Source of the DNA: an uncultured delta proteobacterium
GTDB taxonomy: Bacteria; Desulfobacterota; Binatia; Binatales; Binataceae
Direction: 5' to 3'
Length of the DNA stretch: 64,000 nucleotides
Assembly: GCA_963724765.1 (NCBI GenBank)
Contig: CAVRVY010000001.1
Span: 1,088,001-1,152,000 of the forward strand
Below the pieces are notes generated by a model. The model did no database searches. It was not told the DNA's origin and saw only the letters and a program-made list of their open reading frames with translations. A program made the position numbers and the translations under genes. The first letter of the stretch is position 1. Each line of letters begins with the position of its first letter. This document shows, piece by piece, positions 45,913 to 58,189 of the stretch.

Positions 45913-46278
45913 ATGGATAGACCGTTGGCACCGGCGGGGGGGTCGCGATTTCGATTAGCACCCTTCATCCTGTTCCTGCTGCTGTCCACGTTTGCGCTCA
46001 GTCTGCATGTTCAACTGGGCAGGTACGACCATCTCTCCAGCTTCTCCGGCAAGCACATACTCCACGGCGACCTCCGGCCTAACGGCGACAAACCCGTGCA
46101 AAATTTCGCCGAGGCACATGGCGCAACGGTTTCAGCGCTTGCCGTGAGCGTGTCACCGCATATAAGTTCGCTTTCGCGGTTGATCTCGAATACCGCTTTG
46201 CCGTCCTCCGAGACCTCAGTTCGCAAATTGTTAAGCTACCTTGCGCTGTTCGTTCGCCCGCCCCCAATTCTCCCCTAA
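45913..46278 (+). CDS. Small membrane-anchored protein ending in RPPP (candidate arrest/leader peptide)
   Basis: N-terminal hydrophobic segment; C-terminal LFVRPPPILP. Confidence 0.5.
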   Translation: MDRPLAPAGGSRFRLAPFILFLLLSTFALSLHVQLGRYDHLSSFSGKHILHGDLRPNGDKPVQNFAEAHGATVSALAVSVSPHISSLSRLISNTALPSSETSVRKLLSYLALFVRPPPILP

Positions 46279-46459
46279 GCGACCAAATAGTCGCATTTGA
46301 AAGAATCGCCTGACGTGACCGATACCTGTCGGTCCGACATGTGGCGTATTTCCGCTATTTGCGCGACAGACGCTCCGGATGACGTCGGTGTCCGTGACCC
46401 GCGCAAACGCAAACGACGAGGGACGGTTCCCGAGCAGATTAAGGAAGGGCTTCACCAGA

Positions 46460-46744
46460 ATGGATAGCGTGAAGTTTAAGACGATCGAGATCTTCGAAGT
46501 TCCGAAGTGGGTGCGCAGACTAAGCGAGTGCAAAGGTTTGGTTCTTTTTCTGGCCTGGCTCGGATACGCGGCGTACGTGTCAGTCATCAACCACCTCGGA
46601 TGGCCTGCGAGTCATGAGCAATGGGACATCGCCCTGGTTGCGATTCTGGCCTTCGCTGCGGGATGGGCCTGTGTGCGGATCGGCTTTTGCCTGATCAGCC
46701 GCGCGCAGACCGAGTTGCATCGGGCGGGTAGGGATGTGCCTTGA
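46460..46744 (+). CDS. Small two-TM hypothetical protein
   Basis: Two hydrophobic helices; RBS-like AAGGAAGG upstream. Confidence 0.5.
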   Translation: MDSVKFKTIEIFEVPKWVRRLSECKGLVLFLAWLGYAAYVSVINHLGWPASHEQWDIALVAILAFAAGWACVRIGFCLISRAQTELHRAGRDVP

Positions 46745-46784
46745 GTGATCGCTTCGACTGAGCGGGCAAGGAGGAATAGAAGAC

Positions 46785-48137
46785 GTGACTTCCACAGGCA
46801 TCGCTACCCTTCCGTACGTTGACGTTGCTTCGAAAATTGCACTCGCCGTGGCGGTGGGACTTCTCGTTGGTCTGGAGCGAGAATGGGCGCAAAAGGCGGT
46901 AGGGGCTCGGACCTTTGCAATAATTGCATTACTCGGGACGCTCACTTACCTGGTTTCTTCCGAGCTTCTGGTCGTCGCTTTTTGCGGAACCTTCCTGCTC
47001 GTAGTGCTTTTGAATATCAACCACCTGCTGAAGAATTGGCCACTCGATACGGCTAGTCCGGGCGCACCGCGCAAACGTGCGCGCGAGCCAGCGTACGTGA
47101 CTGATCGAGACTCGCCCCTGGAAATAACGACTTCTGCGGCGCTCGTGGTGACGTTGATGCTCGGAGCACTGATCGGACAGGGCCATTATTTCACCGCGAT
47201 TACGTCGGCCGTAGTGATGACAATGCTGCTCGCATGGAAGGAAGGGCTGTCTCGCTTCGCGGGCGGATTGCAGCCAGAGGAGATTCGTAGCGCAGTCCTC
47301 TTGAGCTTGCTTACTTTCGTCATCTATCCGCTGCTGCCGAACAGATTCATCGATCCGCTGGACCTGCTTAATCCAAAACAGTCGTGGCTCATCGTGGTCG
47401 TTATCGCCGGTCTCGGGTTTACCAACTACGTGATGCTGCGGCTTTACGGGACACGCGGCGTGTACTACGCCGCCTTCCTCGGCGGACTCGTCAATAGCAC
47501 GGCAACCGTAGCCGAGCTTTCGGGCCTCTTCAGAAACTTGGACGGTTCTACCTCACTTACTGTCGCCGTGATTATGGTCACCAGTGTCGCGATGTTCCTG
47601 CGCAATCTCGTGATCCTCGCGATCTTCGCGCCTGCCGCTGTCGGCACGGCGTTACTTCCGCTGACAGCGATGGCGCTCGCCGCGCTCTCGATAGCGTGGC
47701 TACATGCACAGCGGGAAGACTCTCGGATGTCGCCACCACTTGCTCTCTCGTCGCCCGTCTCGCCGCCGCATGTGCTGAAATTTGCCGCGATGTTCGTCGC
47801 CCTCGCCGCTGCGGGCACTCTCGCACAAATGTATACGGGTACGTTGGGCTTTTTGGCGCTCAGTATCGTTGGCGGGCTGGCGAGCAGCGCGAGCACGACG
47901 GCGACCGCTGCTGCCCTCGCCGCAGCCGGGAAAATAACCTCCAGCAATGCGGGTATGGCTGTCGTGCTCACTTCAATGGCGAGCGCCCTCGTCGATATGC
48001 CGATCGTTTACCGGCAGATTCGCGCCAAGGCCGTTTCCTACCGGCTGGCCGCTGTGTCGATGCTGGTACTCGTAGTCGGGCTGGGCGTCATGGCGCTGGG
48101 TCGTTCAGAAGGGCATTGGTGGCGTTGGCTTCGATAG
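46785..48137 (+). CDS. MgtC/SapB family protein with DUF4010
   Basis: GLLVGLERE..GARTF, EITT, GGLVNSTA and R.L motifs. Confidence 0.85.
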   Translation: MTSTGIATLPYVDVASKIALAVAVGLLVGLEREWAQKAVGARTFAIIALLGTLTYLVSSELLVVAFCGTFLLVVLLNINHLLKNWPLDTASPGAPRKRAREPAYVTDRDSPLEITTSAALVVTLMLGALIGQGHYFTAITSAVVMTMLLAWKEGLSRFAGGLQPEEIRSAVLLSLLTFVIYPLLPNRFIDPLDLLNPKQSWLIVVVIAGLGFTNYVMLRLYGTRGVYYAAFLGGLVNSTATVAELSGLFRNLDGSTSLTVAVIMVTSVAMFLRNLVILAIFAPAAVGTALLPLTAMALAALSIAWLHAQREDSRMSPPLALSSPVSPPHVLKFAAMFVALAAAGTLAQMYTGTLGFLALSIVGGLASSASTTATAAALAAAGKITSSNAGMAVVLTSMASALVDMPIVYRQIRAKAVSYRLAAVSMLVLVVGLGVMALGRSEGHWWRWLR

Positions 48138-48169
48138 CAAGTCGCGCTATCTGCCCTGGCTATCCGTGT

Positions 48170-48496
48170 CTATCTTCCGTGATAAGTGAAAAATGGCGTC
48201 ACGCCGATTGACGTGAGGCGGCCGTTCTTGTCGAAATCGATTCGAATCGCGATGTCTTCGCGGGTGAAACTGAAGCGCGAGCCTACGTTGCGGATTCCCG
48301 CGAGATAAGAGCGCTCATCGGGCAGATAGCTGTGTCGCCATCCGTGCGCCGTGAGGTACGCCTCGACCTGGCTCGCCGATGTGCCGATGGGAAGCTCGCG
48401 TCGTAATTGCGCGTCGAGCTGATGCGGCTCGGGGCCGCGAGCGCATCCGATGACTCCGATCGCGAGGGCCAGCAGCGCTGCGCGGGCGCGTTTCAA
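48170..48496 (-). CDS. Putative lipoprotein
   Basis: Signal with VIGC lipobox; LPIGTS and F.KNGRL. Confidence 0.65.
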   Translation of the reverse strand: MKRARAALLALAIGVIGCARGPEPHQLDAQLRRELPIGTSASQVEAYLTAHGWRHSYLPDERSYLAGIRNVGSRFSFTREDIAIRIDFDKNGRLTSIGVTPFFTYHGR

Positions 48497-48544
48497 TCAA
48501 ACCTCGTTAGGTGGATGCGGCACGTCCACGGCGCGTGGAGCGCG

Positions 48545-51376
<2,832 letters not shown>

Positions 51377-51488
51377 TACCGATCTGCCACTGCTGCCAAA
51401 CTCTCCGCGCCCGGTTTTTCCGGCTCAGCCTTGGCGCGGCCGTTTCGCCGTCGCGGCCGCGCCGCTGCGCGTGCCGAGCGTCTATCTT

Positions 51489-52538
51489 TCACACCGTTCG
51501 CTCTCGCACCGTTCGCCCGCGCACCGCCCGCCATGCGTATTCCATCGCCGCCAGCATGCTTGCGCCGTTTGCCGTACAGCATCCCGCTATATCATACGCG
51601 GTGCCGTGATCGGGTGAGGTCCGCACGAACCGCAATCCAAGGGTCACGTTCACCGCGCGCTCGAACTCCAGCGTCTTGAGCGCGATCAGCCCCTGGTCAT
51701 GATACATCGCTACCGCTGCGTCGAAGCCGAATTTACCCGCCGGCCGGATGAACGCGGTGTCGGGTGCGAGCGGCCCGTGCGCGTCGATGCCGGCGCGCCG
51801 GGCGCGGCGGATGGCCGGGACGATCACGCGCGCCTCTTCGTTGCCGAAAAGCCCGTGCTCGCCAGCGTGCGGGTTGAATCCGAGCACTCCGACGCGAGGC
51901 CGGAGCACTCCCAGGCGTCCGCTTAGATGCTGCGCGAGCAGCCGGATCGTGTCAAAGACGCCCTGACTGCTGAGCGCGCGCGAGACTCGCGCGAGTCCTA
52001 TATGTACCGTCACCAGCGCCAGCCGCAACTGGTCGCCCGCGAACATCATGCGCCAAAGCCGCGCCCGGCTAAGTTCGGCAAGCAACTCGGAGTGGCCGGG
52101 AAAGCGATGGCCCGCGCGGTTGAGCCATTCCTTGTTGATCGGCGCGGTCACCAGCGCGTCAGCCTCGCCCGCCATCGCCATCCGCGCCCCTTGCACAATA
52201 TAGCGGTACGCCGCATCGGCGCCCTGGACGCTCGGCGTCCCGGGCTTGAGCGCGGAGGCGCCGAGCCGGCCGATTTCCAGCACTGCCAGCCCGTCCGCCG
52301 GGCGCACGGGCGCGTCGCCCGGCCGCCATGTTCGCGGCTCGGGTACGCCGCGCAAACGGCGCGCGGCCTCGCGCATCGCTCCGATATCGCCGACCACGAC
52401 CAGCGCGGGTGCGCCGCGGCGCGAAGCCATCGCGGCCGCCGCCTTCAGGATAACCTCGGGACCCACGCCGGCCGGATCGCCCATGCTTACTGCCAGCAGT
52501 GCTGGCGCGCCGCGCCCTGATGGCATCCGCCGCGTCAC
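51489..52538 (-). CDS. pdxA: 4-hydroxythreonine-4-phosphate dehydrogenase
   Basis: [28 protein letters not shown] and RTSPDHGTA motifs. Confidence 0.96.
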   Translation of the reverse strand: MTRRMPSGRGAPALLAVSMGDPAGVGPEVILKAAAAMASRRGAPALVVVGDIGAMREAARRLRGVPEPRTWRPGDAPVRPADGLAVLEIGRLGASALKPGTPSVQGADAAYRYIVQGARMAMAGEADALVTAPINKEWLNRAGHRFPGHSELLAELSRARLWRMMFAGDQLRLALVTVHIGLARVSRALSSQGVFDTIRLLAQHLSGRLGVLRPRVGVLGFNPHAGEHGLFGNEEARVIVPAIRRARRAGIDAHGPLAPDTAFIRPAGKFGFDAAVAMYHDQGLIALKTLEFERAVNVTLGLRFVRTSPDHGTAYDIAGCCTANGASMLAAMEYAWRAVRGRTVRERTV

Positions 52539-52539
52539 T

Positions 52540-53529
52540 CTAGTTGAAGGTTTCGATGTAATGCTGCTTGACGAGGTCGTTGTCGACCCACGTGGCGAAC
52601 TGTTTTTGAGCTTTTTGGCTCACCAGCCTGTCCCGGATCTGACCGGAGACCTCAGCGAGCGGTTTGAGGCCGGACTGCTCGTGCGCCTCGAGCTTAACGA
52701 TGTGGAAGCCGTGCTCGGTCCGTATCGGCTCGGAAATATCGCCCACCTTCATGTGATCGATCGCGTTCTGAATGGCGTCGATCATGTCGCCGCGGGAGAA
52801 GTCGCCCAGCTCGCCGCCCTGGCTCTTGGAATCGTCGTCGGAGTACTGGCGCGCCAGCTGGCCGAAGTCGGCACCGTCGAGCAGTTGCTTGTGGATGCTC
52901 TCGGCCTTGACGCGCGCCGCCTCGACCTGGGCCGGCGTGGCGTTAGGTGGCACCGCGATCAGGATCTGCGCAAGCTTGAAGCTTTCCTTGCCGACGCTGA
53001 ACTCTTGCGGATGCGCGTCGTAGTAGGCCTTGATCTCGTCGGGCGAGATATTGACCTTTCCGCGCACCTCTTTCTGGATCATCATCATCTTTTGCAGTTC
53101 CAGCCGGGAGTGTTTGCGGAATTCCTCGAAGGAGTGGCCCTGGCTCTGGAGCTGCGCGCGAAGCTGCGCGTCGGTTAACCCGTTGCCCTGCTCGAAGTTG
53201 GCGATGTATTCATCGACTTGCCGCTCATCGATCTGGTCCTTGTACTTCTTGACCTCGCTTTCCAGCAGGCGCTCCGAGATGACTCCCTTGAGCACGGCCT
53301 TGGTGTCTGGCGAATTCATATCGCCTGGATCGTTCAGCGTTACTTTGTTGATCGCCGCAAAAGTCTTGAGGTCGTGAACGGTAATCGGATCGCCGTCGAC
53401 GCTGGCTACCACCCGATCGAGGTCATTCTGCGCACGTGCCGCGCATGGCCTCGCCACTGACACGGCCGCGATGCACGCGACGATCAGCGCCACGGCGCCC
53501 AGGCGCATGCGAAAATGATGCTGACTCAT
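52540..53529 (-). CDS. surA: SurA-like parvulin peptidyl-prolyl isomerase/chaperone
   Basis: DRVVASVDG..IT, F..LARQYS.D..GGELG and GFHI motifs; upstream of pdxA. Confidence 0.85.
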   Translation of the reverse strand: MSQHHFRMRLGAVALIVACIAAVSVARPCAARAQNDLDRVVASVDGDPITVHDLKTFAAINKVTLNDPGDMNSPDTKAVLKGVISERLLESEVKKYKDQIDERQVDEYIANFEQGNGLTDAQLRAQLQSQGHSFEEFRKHSRLELQKMMMIQKEVRGKVNISPDEIKAYYDAHPQEFSVGKESFKLAQILIAVPPNATPAQVEAARVKAESIHKQLLDGADFGQLARQYSDDDSKSQGGELGDFSRGDMIDAIQNAIDHMKVGDISEPIRTEHGFHIVKLEAHEQSGLKPLAEVSGQIRDRLVSQKAQKQFATWVDNDLVKQHYIETFN

Positions 53530-53532
53530 GGT

Positions 53533-56500
53533 CTAACTGGCGAGCGGCCCGGCGGGGCGGCCCGGCCCAGCTTCCAATTTTTCACAGGCGGCCAGGGCCT
53601 GCAAGACGCCGTCGAGTTGCTCGAACAACAGTTCGTAATTGTTGCCGGACTCGCTGGCGCCGGTCTCGATCCGCACCATCACCTGGAACGACGGGGTGAG
53701 CCGCATGCGGCGCCGGTTGGCCTCGGTCAGCGCGACCAGCCGCGCCGTGTCCAGCGGCGCGTCGGGATGAAATTTCACTTCGAGCTGGTCGCCCTTGAGG
53801 ATCGCGCTCAACATCAGCATCTCGCGCATCCGCCGGCGCAAATCCATAGCGGCCAGCAGGTTGTCGACCAGTGTCGGCGGCGGTCCGAAGCGGTCGCGCA
53901 TCTCCTCGCGCAGCGCGTCGAGGTCGGCCCTGGAAGCCGCTCGCGCCATCCGACGGTACAGTACCAGCCGCTCGCCCTCGTCGGGCACGAAGCTGTCGGG
54001 GATGTAGGCCGGGATGCCGAGCCGGAGTTCGGGCTCAAAATCCGGACGCAGCGGCTCGCCGCGCAATTCGTGAATCGCCTGTTCCATCATCTCCGTGTAC
54101 AACTCGAAGCCGACCGCAGTTATCTGGCCCGATTGCTCGCGGCCGAGCAGGTTGCCGGCGCCGCGATGCTCGAGGTCGCGGATGGCGAGTTTGAAGCCGC
54201 CGCCGCTTTCGGTCTCGACCAGCTCGCGCAGGGCCTCGATTCGTTTCTTGGCGTCGCGCGTGATGATGTGCTCGCCCGGGATCAGCAGGTAGGCGTAGGC
54301 CTTCTGGCGTGAGCGCCCGACCCGGCCGCGTAACTGGTAGAGCTGGGCCAGGCCGAAATGGTCGGCGCGGTTGATGATCATGGTGTTGGCGTTGGGAATG
54401 TCGAGGCCCGACTCGATGATCGCTGAGCATACCAGCAGGTTGACGCGGTTCTCGATGAACTCGCGCATCACGTTCTCGAGCTGGCGCTCCTTCATCTGGC
54501 CGTGCGCTACCGCGATCTTTGCCTCTGGCACGATCGCCCGCAAATGGCGCGCCACGTACTCGATGTTCTCCACGCGGTTATGTACGAAGAACACCTGCCC
54601 CGAGCGGTTGAGCTCACGCATGATGACCTCGCGCAGCAGCCCGTCGTCGAAATGTGCGACGAAGGTGCGGATGGCCTGGCGGTCCGGCGGCGGCGTCTGG
54701 ATCACGCTCAAATCGCGAATGCCGAGCATCGCCATGTGCAGCGTGCGCGGAATCGGGGTCGCGGTCAGGGTCAGGACCTCGACCAGCTTGCGCAACCGCC
54801 TGATGCGCTCCTTGTCGGCCACGCCGAAGCGATGCTCTTCGTCGACGATCAGCAGGCCCAGGCGCGGAAACTCGACGTCGTCCTGGAGTAGGCGATGGGT
54901 CCCGACCACGATATCGACTTTGCCGCGGCCGACGTCATCGATCACCGCCCTGTTCTCGCGCGCGTTGCGAAAGCGCGAGACCATTTCGATTCGCACCGGG
55001 TAGCCGTCAAACCGCTTGCGCATCGTGTTCCAGTGCTGCTCCGCGAGCACCGTGGTCGGCACCAGCATCGCCACCTGCCGCCCGTCCATCACGGCGATGA
55101 AGGCCGCGCGCAGCGCCACCTCGGTCTTGCCGAAGCCGGCGTCGCCGCAGATCAGCCGATCCATCGGCTTGGGCCGGCACATGTCGCGCACGACCTCGTC
55201 GATCGCGGCGAGCTGGTCGGGCGTCTCCTCGAACTCGAAGCCCTCGGCGAATTCGGCGTAGTCGGCCCCCGGATGGGCGAAGGCGTGGCCCTCCATCACC
55301 TCGCGCGCGGCGTAGATGTCGAGCAGCTCGGAGGCCATCGCGAGCACCGCCTCCTTGGTCCGCCGCTTGACCCTATCCCAGGAGCCGCTGCCGAGCTTGT
55401 CGAGCTTGGGTTCCTGGCCGTCGCCGCCGATATAGCGCTGGACCAGGTTGATGCGCTCCACCGGCACGTACATCGCGTCGCCGGCCGCGTACTCCAACGC
55501 CAGGAAATCGCCCTCCGTCCCGGCGACCTTCATATGGCGCAATCCCCGGTAGCGTCCGATCCCGTGATCGATATGCACCACCACGTCGTCGGGCTTCAGC
55601 TCCTCCAGATTGAGCAGTGCGCCCTTGGAGACCGGCCGCGAGCGCCGCCGCACGCGCGGCTCACCGAAGATGTCTTCTTCGCTGTAGACGTAGAGCCCGT
55701 CGGCTTGCAGCACCACGCCGGCGGAAACTTCGCCCTCCATGATTGCGGGGCGGAAGTCGGGCCACTGGAGCAGCTCGCCGAAGCTCTTGCACTCGGTATT
55801 GACCGCGAGATCGTAGGCCTCCAGATGACGGCGCAGGCGCGCGGCCTGGCTGGCGCCTTCGACCACCATCAGCGCGCGGCCCTGTCCACGTTGCACCTCG
55901 CGCAACTCCGTGGCGAGCGGCTCGAAACTGGGCGGCGTGCGCGGCCCGCTGAGCGCGCTCGCGCCGAGCTTGAGACTGGGCTGACATTTGACCTCGATCG
56001 GCGGCGCCCATCCCTCGCGCGGCGCGGTCACGGTGACCAGCGAACCAACCTCGACCGCGGTCATCGCGCCCAGCGCGTCTTCGAATTCATCGGCGCCGAG
56101 GTAGAGCGACGGGGGCGGCGGATAGAACGAAGGCTTGCTCTGCGCGGCGTCGGCCTCGGCGGCGGTTTGCTCGGTGACCCTGATCGCCTCGGCGAGCACG
56201 CGCCCCGGCTCGACGATCCAGACCACGGTGCCCGAGGGCAGGTAGCTGAACACGGTGTCGAGCGGACGGCCGAACAGCAGCGGCGTCAGCAGCTCGGCGC
56301 CCGGGAACAGCAGCCCGTTGGTCAGCGAGTCGCTCAGCTCCGCCAGCTCCTTGCGCACCAGCCCGATCTCGCTCGCGCGCAGCGCCACGCGCTCGCGCAC
56401 CTTATCGTCTTTGAGCGTGATCGGCGGCACCAGGCGCGTACGAATCACGATCGCCTCGCGCACCTCGCCAAGCGACCGCTGCGAGGCGGGATCGAACGGG

Positions 56501-57126
56501 CGTATCGAGGTCACGATGTCCTCTTCCAGCTCGATGCGCATGGGGTTGTGGTAGAGCGGCGAGAAGATGTCGATGATTCCGCCGCGCACGCTGAAGTCGC
56601 CCGGTTCCTCGGTCTGCGGCACCCGCTGGTAACCCGCTGCGCTCAGAGCGTCGACCAGCGCTTCGAGGTCGAGCGTGTCGGCGGCGGCGATTCGCAGCAC
56701 CGAGGACTCGAACACCGGGCGCGGCAGGGTCCGCATCAGCAGCGCCTCTGCCGACGCGACCAGCATCGGGGCCTCGCCGCGCAACGCCGCGTATAGCGCC
56801 GCGAGCTGCGCCGCCTGCGTTTGCGGCGGCGGCGAGAGATGGGCGAACGGCTTCAGCTCCCAGGCGGGCAGCAGATGGACCCGGCGCGCGAGCGGGTCGC
56901 GTTCGGGCGGCTCGTCGAGGAAAAAACCGATTTCACTCGCCAGCGCCTCGGCCTCGCGCGCAAGCGCCGTCACCACCAGGATCGGACGGCCCAGGCCAAG
57001 CGCGGCCTCGCGCAGCATCAGCGCTCCCGCCGCGCCGTTAAGCCCCATCAGCGGAAAGCGGCGCGCGCCGCCGCCGTCCAGGCGCGCCCTAAGCTCGCTC
57101 GCCGCCTCTTTCAGACTCCGTTCCAA
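53533..57126 (-). CDS. mfd: Transcription-repair coupling factor
   Basis: VRGGIIDIF, VVHIDHGIG, GFGKTEVA, DEEHRFG, QLRGRVGR and TRG/TRCF regions. Confidence 0.98.
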   Translation of the reverse strand: MERSLKEAASELRARLDGGGARRFPLMGLNGAAGALMLREAALGLGRPILVVTALAREAEALASEIGFFLDEPPERDPLARRVHLLPAWELKPFAHLSPPPQTQAAQLAALYAALRGEAPMLVASAEALLMRTLPRPVFESSVLRIAAADTLDLEALVDALSAAGYQRVPQTEEPGDFSVRGGIIDIFSPLYHNPMRIELEEDIVTSIRPFDPASQRSLGEVREAIVIRTRLVPPITLKDDKVRERVALRASEIGLVRKELAELSDSLTNGLLFPGAELLTPLLFGRPLDTVFSYLPSGTVVWIVEPGRVLAEAIRVTEQTAAEADAAQSKPSFYPPPPSLYLGADEFEDALGAMTAVEVGSLVTVTAPREGWAPPIEVKCQPSLKLGASALSGPRTPPSFEPLATELREVQRGQGRALMVVEGASQAARLRRHLEAYDLAVNTECKSFGELLQWPDFRPAIMEGEVSAGVVLQADGLYVYSEEDIFGEPRVRRRSRPVSKGALLNLEELKPDDVVVHIDHGIGRYRGLRHMKVAGTEGDFLALEYAAGDAMYVPVERINLVQRYIGGDGQEPKLDKLGSGSWDRVKRRTKEAVLAMASELLDIYAAREVMEGHAFAHPGADYAEFAEGFEFEETPDQLAAIDEVVRDMCRPKPMDRLICGDAGFGKTEVALRAAFIAVMDGRQVAMLVPTTVLAEQHWNTMRKRFDGYPVRIEMVSRFRNARENRAVIDDVGRGKVDIVVGTHRLLQDDVEFPRLGLLIVDEEHRFGVADKERIRRLRKLVEVLTLTATPIPRTLHMAMLGIRDLSVIQTPPPDRQAIRTFVAHFDDGLLREVIMRELNRSGQVFFVHNRVENIEYVARHLRAIVPEAKIAVAHGQMKERQLENVMREFIENRVNLLVCSAIIESGLDIPNANTMIINRADHFGLAQLYQLRGRVGRSRQKAYAYLLIPGEHIITRDAKKRIEALRELVETESGGGFKLAIRDLEHRGAGNLLGREQSGQITAVGFELYTEMMEQAIHELRGEPLRPDFEPELRLGIPAYIPDSFVPDEGERLVLYRRMARAASRADLDALREEMRDRFGPPPTLVDNLLAAMDLRRRMREMLMLSAILKGDQLEVKFHPDAPLDTARLVALTEANRRRMRLTPSFQVMVRIETGASESGNNYELLFEQLDGVLQALAACEKLEAGPGRPAGPLAS

Positions 57127-57281
57127 ATCGACCTTCGACCGCTCCGATCGGTGCTCGATAACTCTCTGCGCGATGAGTCGTCGAACTAAGAATCAAACCA
57201 ATGGCCAAATTAAAGGTAATGATCCAATCGATGATAGCAAAGGCGGCCGCCGCGGTCGCGTAGGCGGTTTCCGGCGCGCGT

Positions 57282-57986
57282 CTAATGGGTCGCGTCGGCG
57301 CTTTTTTGAAAGCCCAGCGTCACCGGCAACTTGACCGCCTTGTAGGTTCCGCCCCGCTGCTGGCGCAGGACGGTCAGATAGATAATGTCGCCGGGATGGA
57401 GTCGGGCGAGGTGGTCGGGCAGGTCGGAGTCGCTGGTCACGCGATGGTCATCGATTGCGACGATGAGGTCGCCGTCCTTGCCGAGTTGGCCTGTCTTCGC
57501 GAGCAGCGGCCTGAGCGCCGCGTCGAGCGGGCCGAGCAACTCGCCCGTTGTCGCGCCGCTGGCGCCGACCGTGGTCATCGGCGTGCGCGCCCTGAGCCCC
57601 GCGCGCGATGCCGGGCTGTCCTCATCGACGTCCATCACCTCCAGCCCGCCGACCTTCTGCCCGTCGCGCGTCGAAACCGCGTACAGCACCGTGATCCCGA
57701 GGTATGGGCGCGGTCCGTTATTCGCGGGGGCGGATAAATCCGAGGGCAGCGGAGCGTTGTCGGAGCCGACGTCAGGCTCCGGCGCACTTTGCTCCGGCGC
57801 GCGAGGCGCTTGGGCGCTCGGGGTTACCGCCGGGGGCGCCGAAGGCGCCGCCGGCGGTAACACGAGCGTCTGGTCGCCACCGGCCGGGATGCTTTTCGGG
57901 GCGCTCTGTGTTTGGGCGCCCGCCGGCCGCGCGCATAGCAACGCCGCCGCGAGCACGGAACAGAAAATGGTCCGAACGTGCTTCAT
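57282..57986 (-). CDS. Secreted PDZ-domain protein with Pro-rich linker
   Basis: Signal peptide; PYLGI..V..DSPA..AGL..GDLIVAID. Confidence 0.75.
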   Translation of the reverse strand: MKHVRTIFCSVLAAALLCARPAGAQTQSAPKSIPAGGDQTLVLPPAAPSAPPAVTPSAQAPRAPEQSAPEPDVGSDNAPLPSDLSAPANNGPRPYLGITVLYAVSTRDGQKVGGLEVMDVDEDSPASRAGLRARTPMTTVGASGATTGELLGPLDAALRPLLAKTGQLGKDGDLIVAIDDHRVTSDSDLPDHLARLHPGDIIYLTVLRQQRGGTYKAVKLPVTLGFQKSADATH

Positions 57987-58098
57987 TGTCGCGTTACGCA
58001 GGCAAGGTGCCACCATCAACAGCCGTCGTCCATTGCTGTCGTCCAGTCGTCAATGATGATGATAGGACCTGCGGATCGGAGCCTCAAGCGGCGATTGC

Positions 58099-58138
58099 AA
58101 AACGCGCCGGGGGCGCCGCCATTCGGCGGCGCCCCCGG
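58099..58138 (-). terminator. Rho-independent terminator
   Basis: Perfect 14-bp GC stem with an ATTC loop, downstream of the large secreted protein gene. Confidence 0.75.
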
Positions 58139-58189
58139 GTTATCAGAGTTCGGATATCGCACTCGCGTCCTATGCGCGACGCAAGTCGC

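Noticed and set aside
51490-51532. 15-bp tandem repeat at the pdxA 3' end
   Set aside because: In-frame slippage in a variable C-terminal tail ([13 protein letters not shown]).
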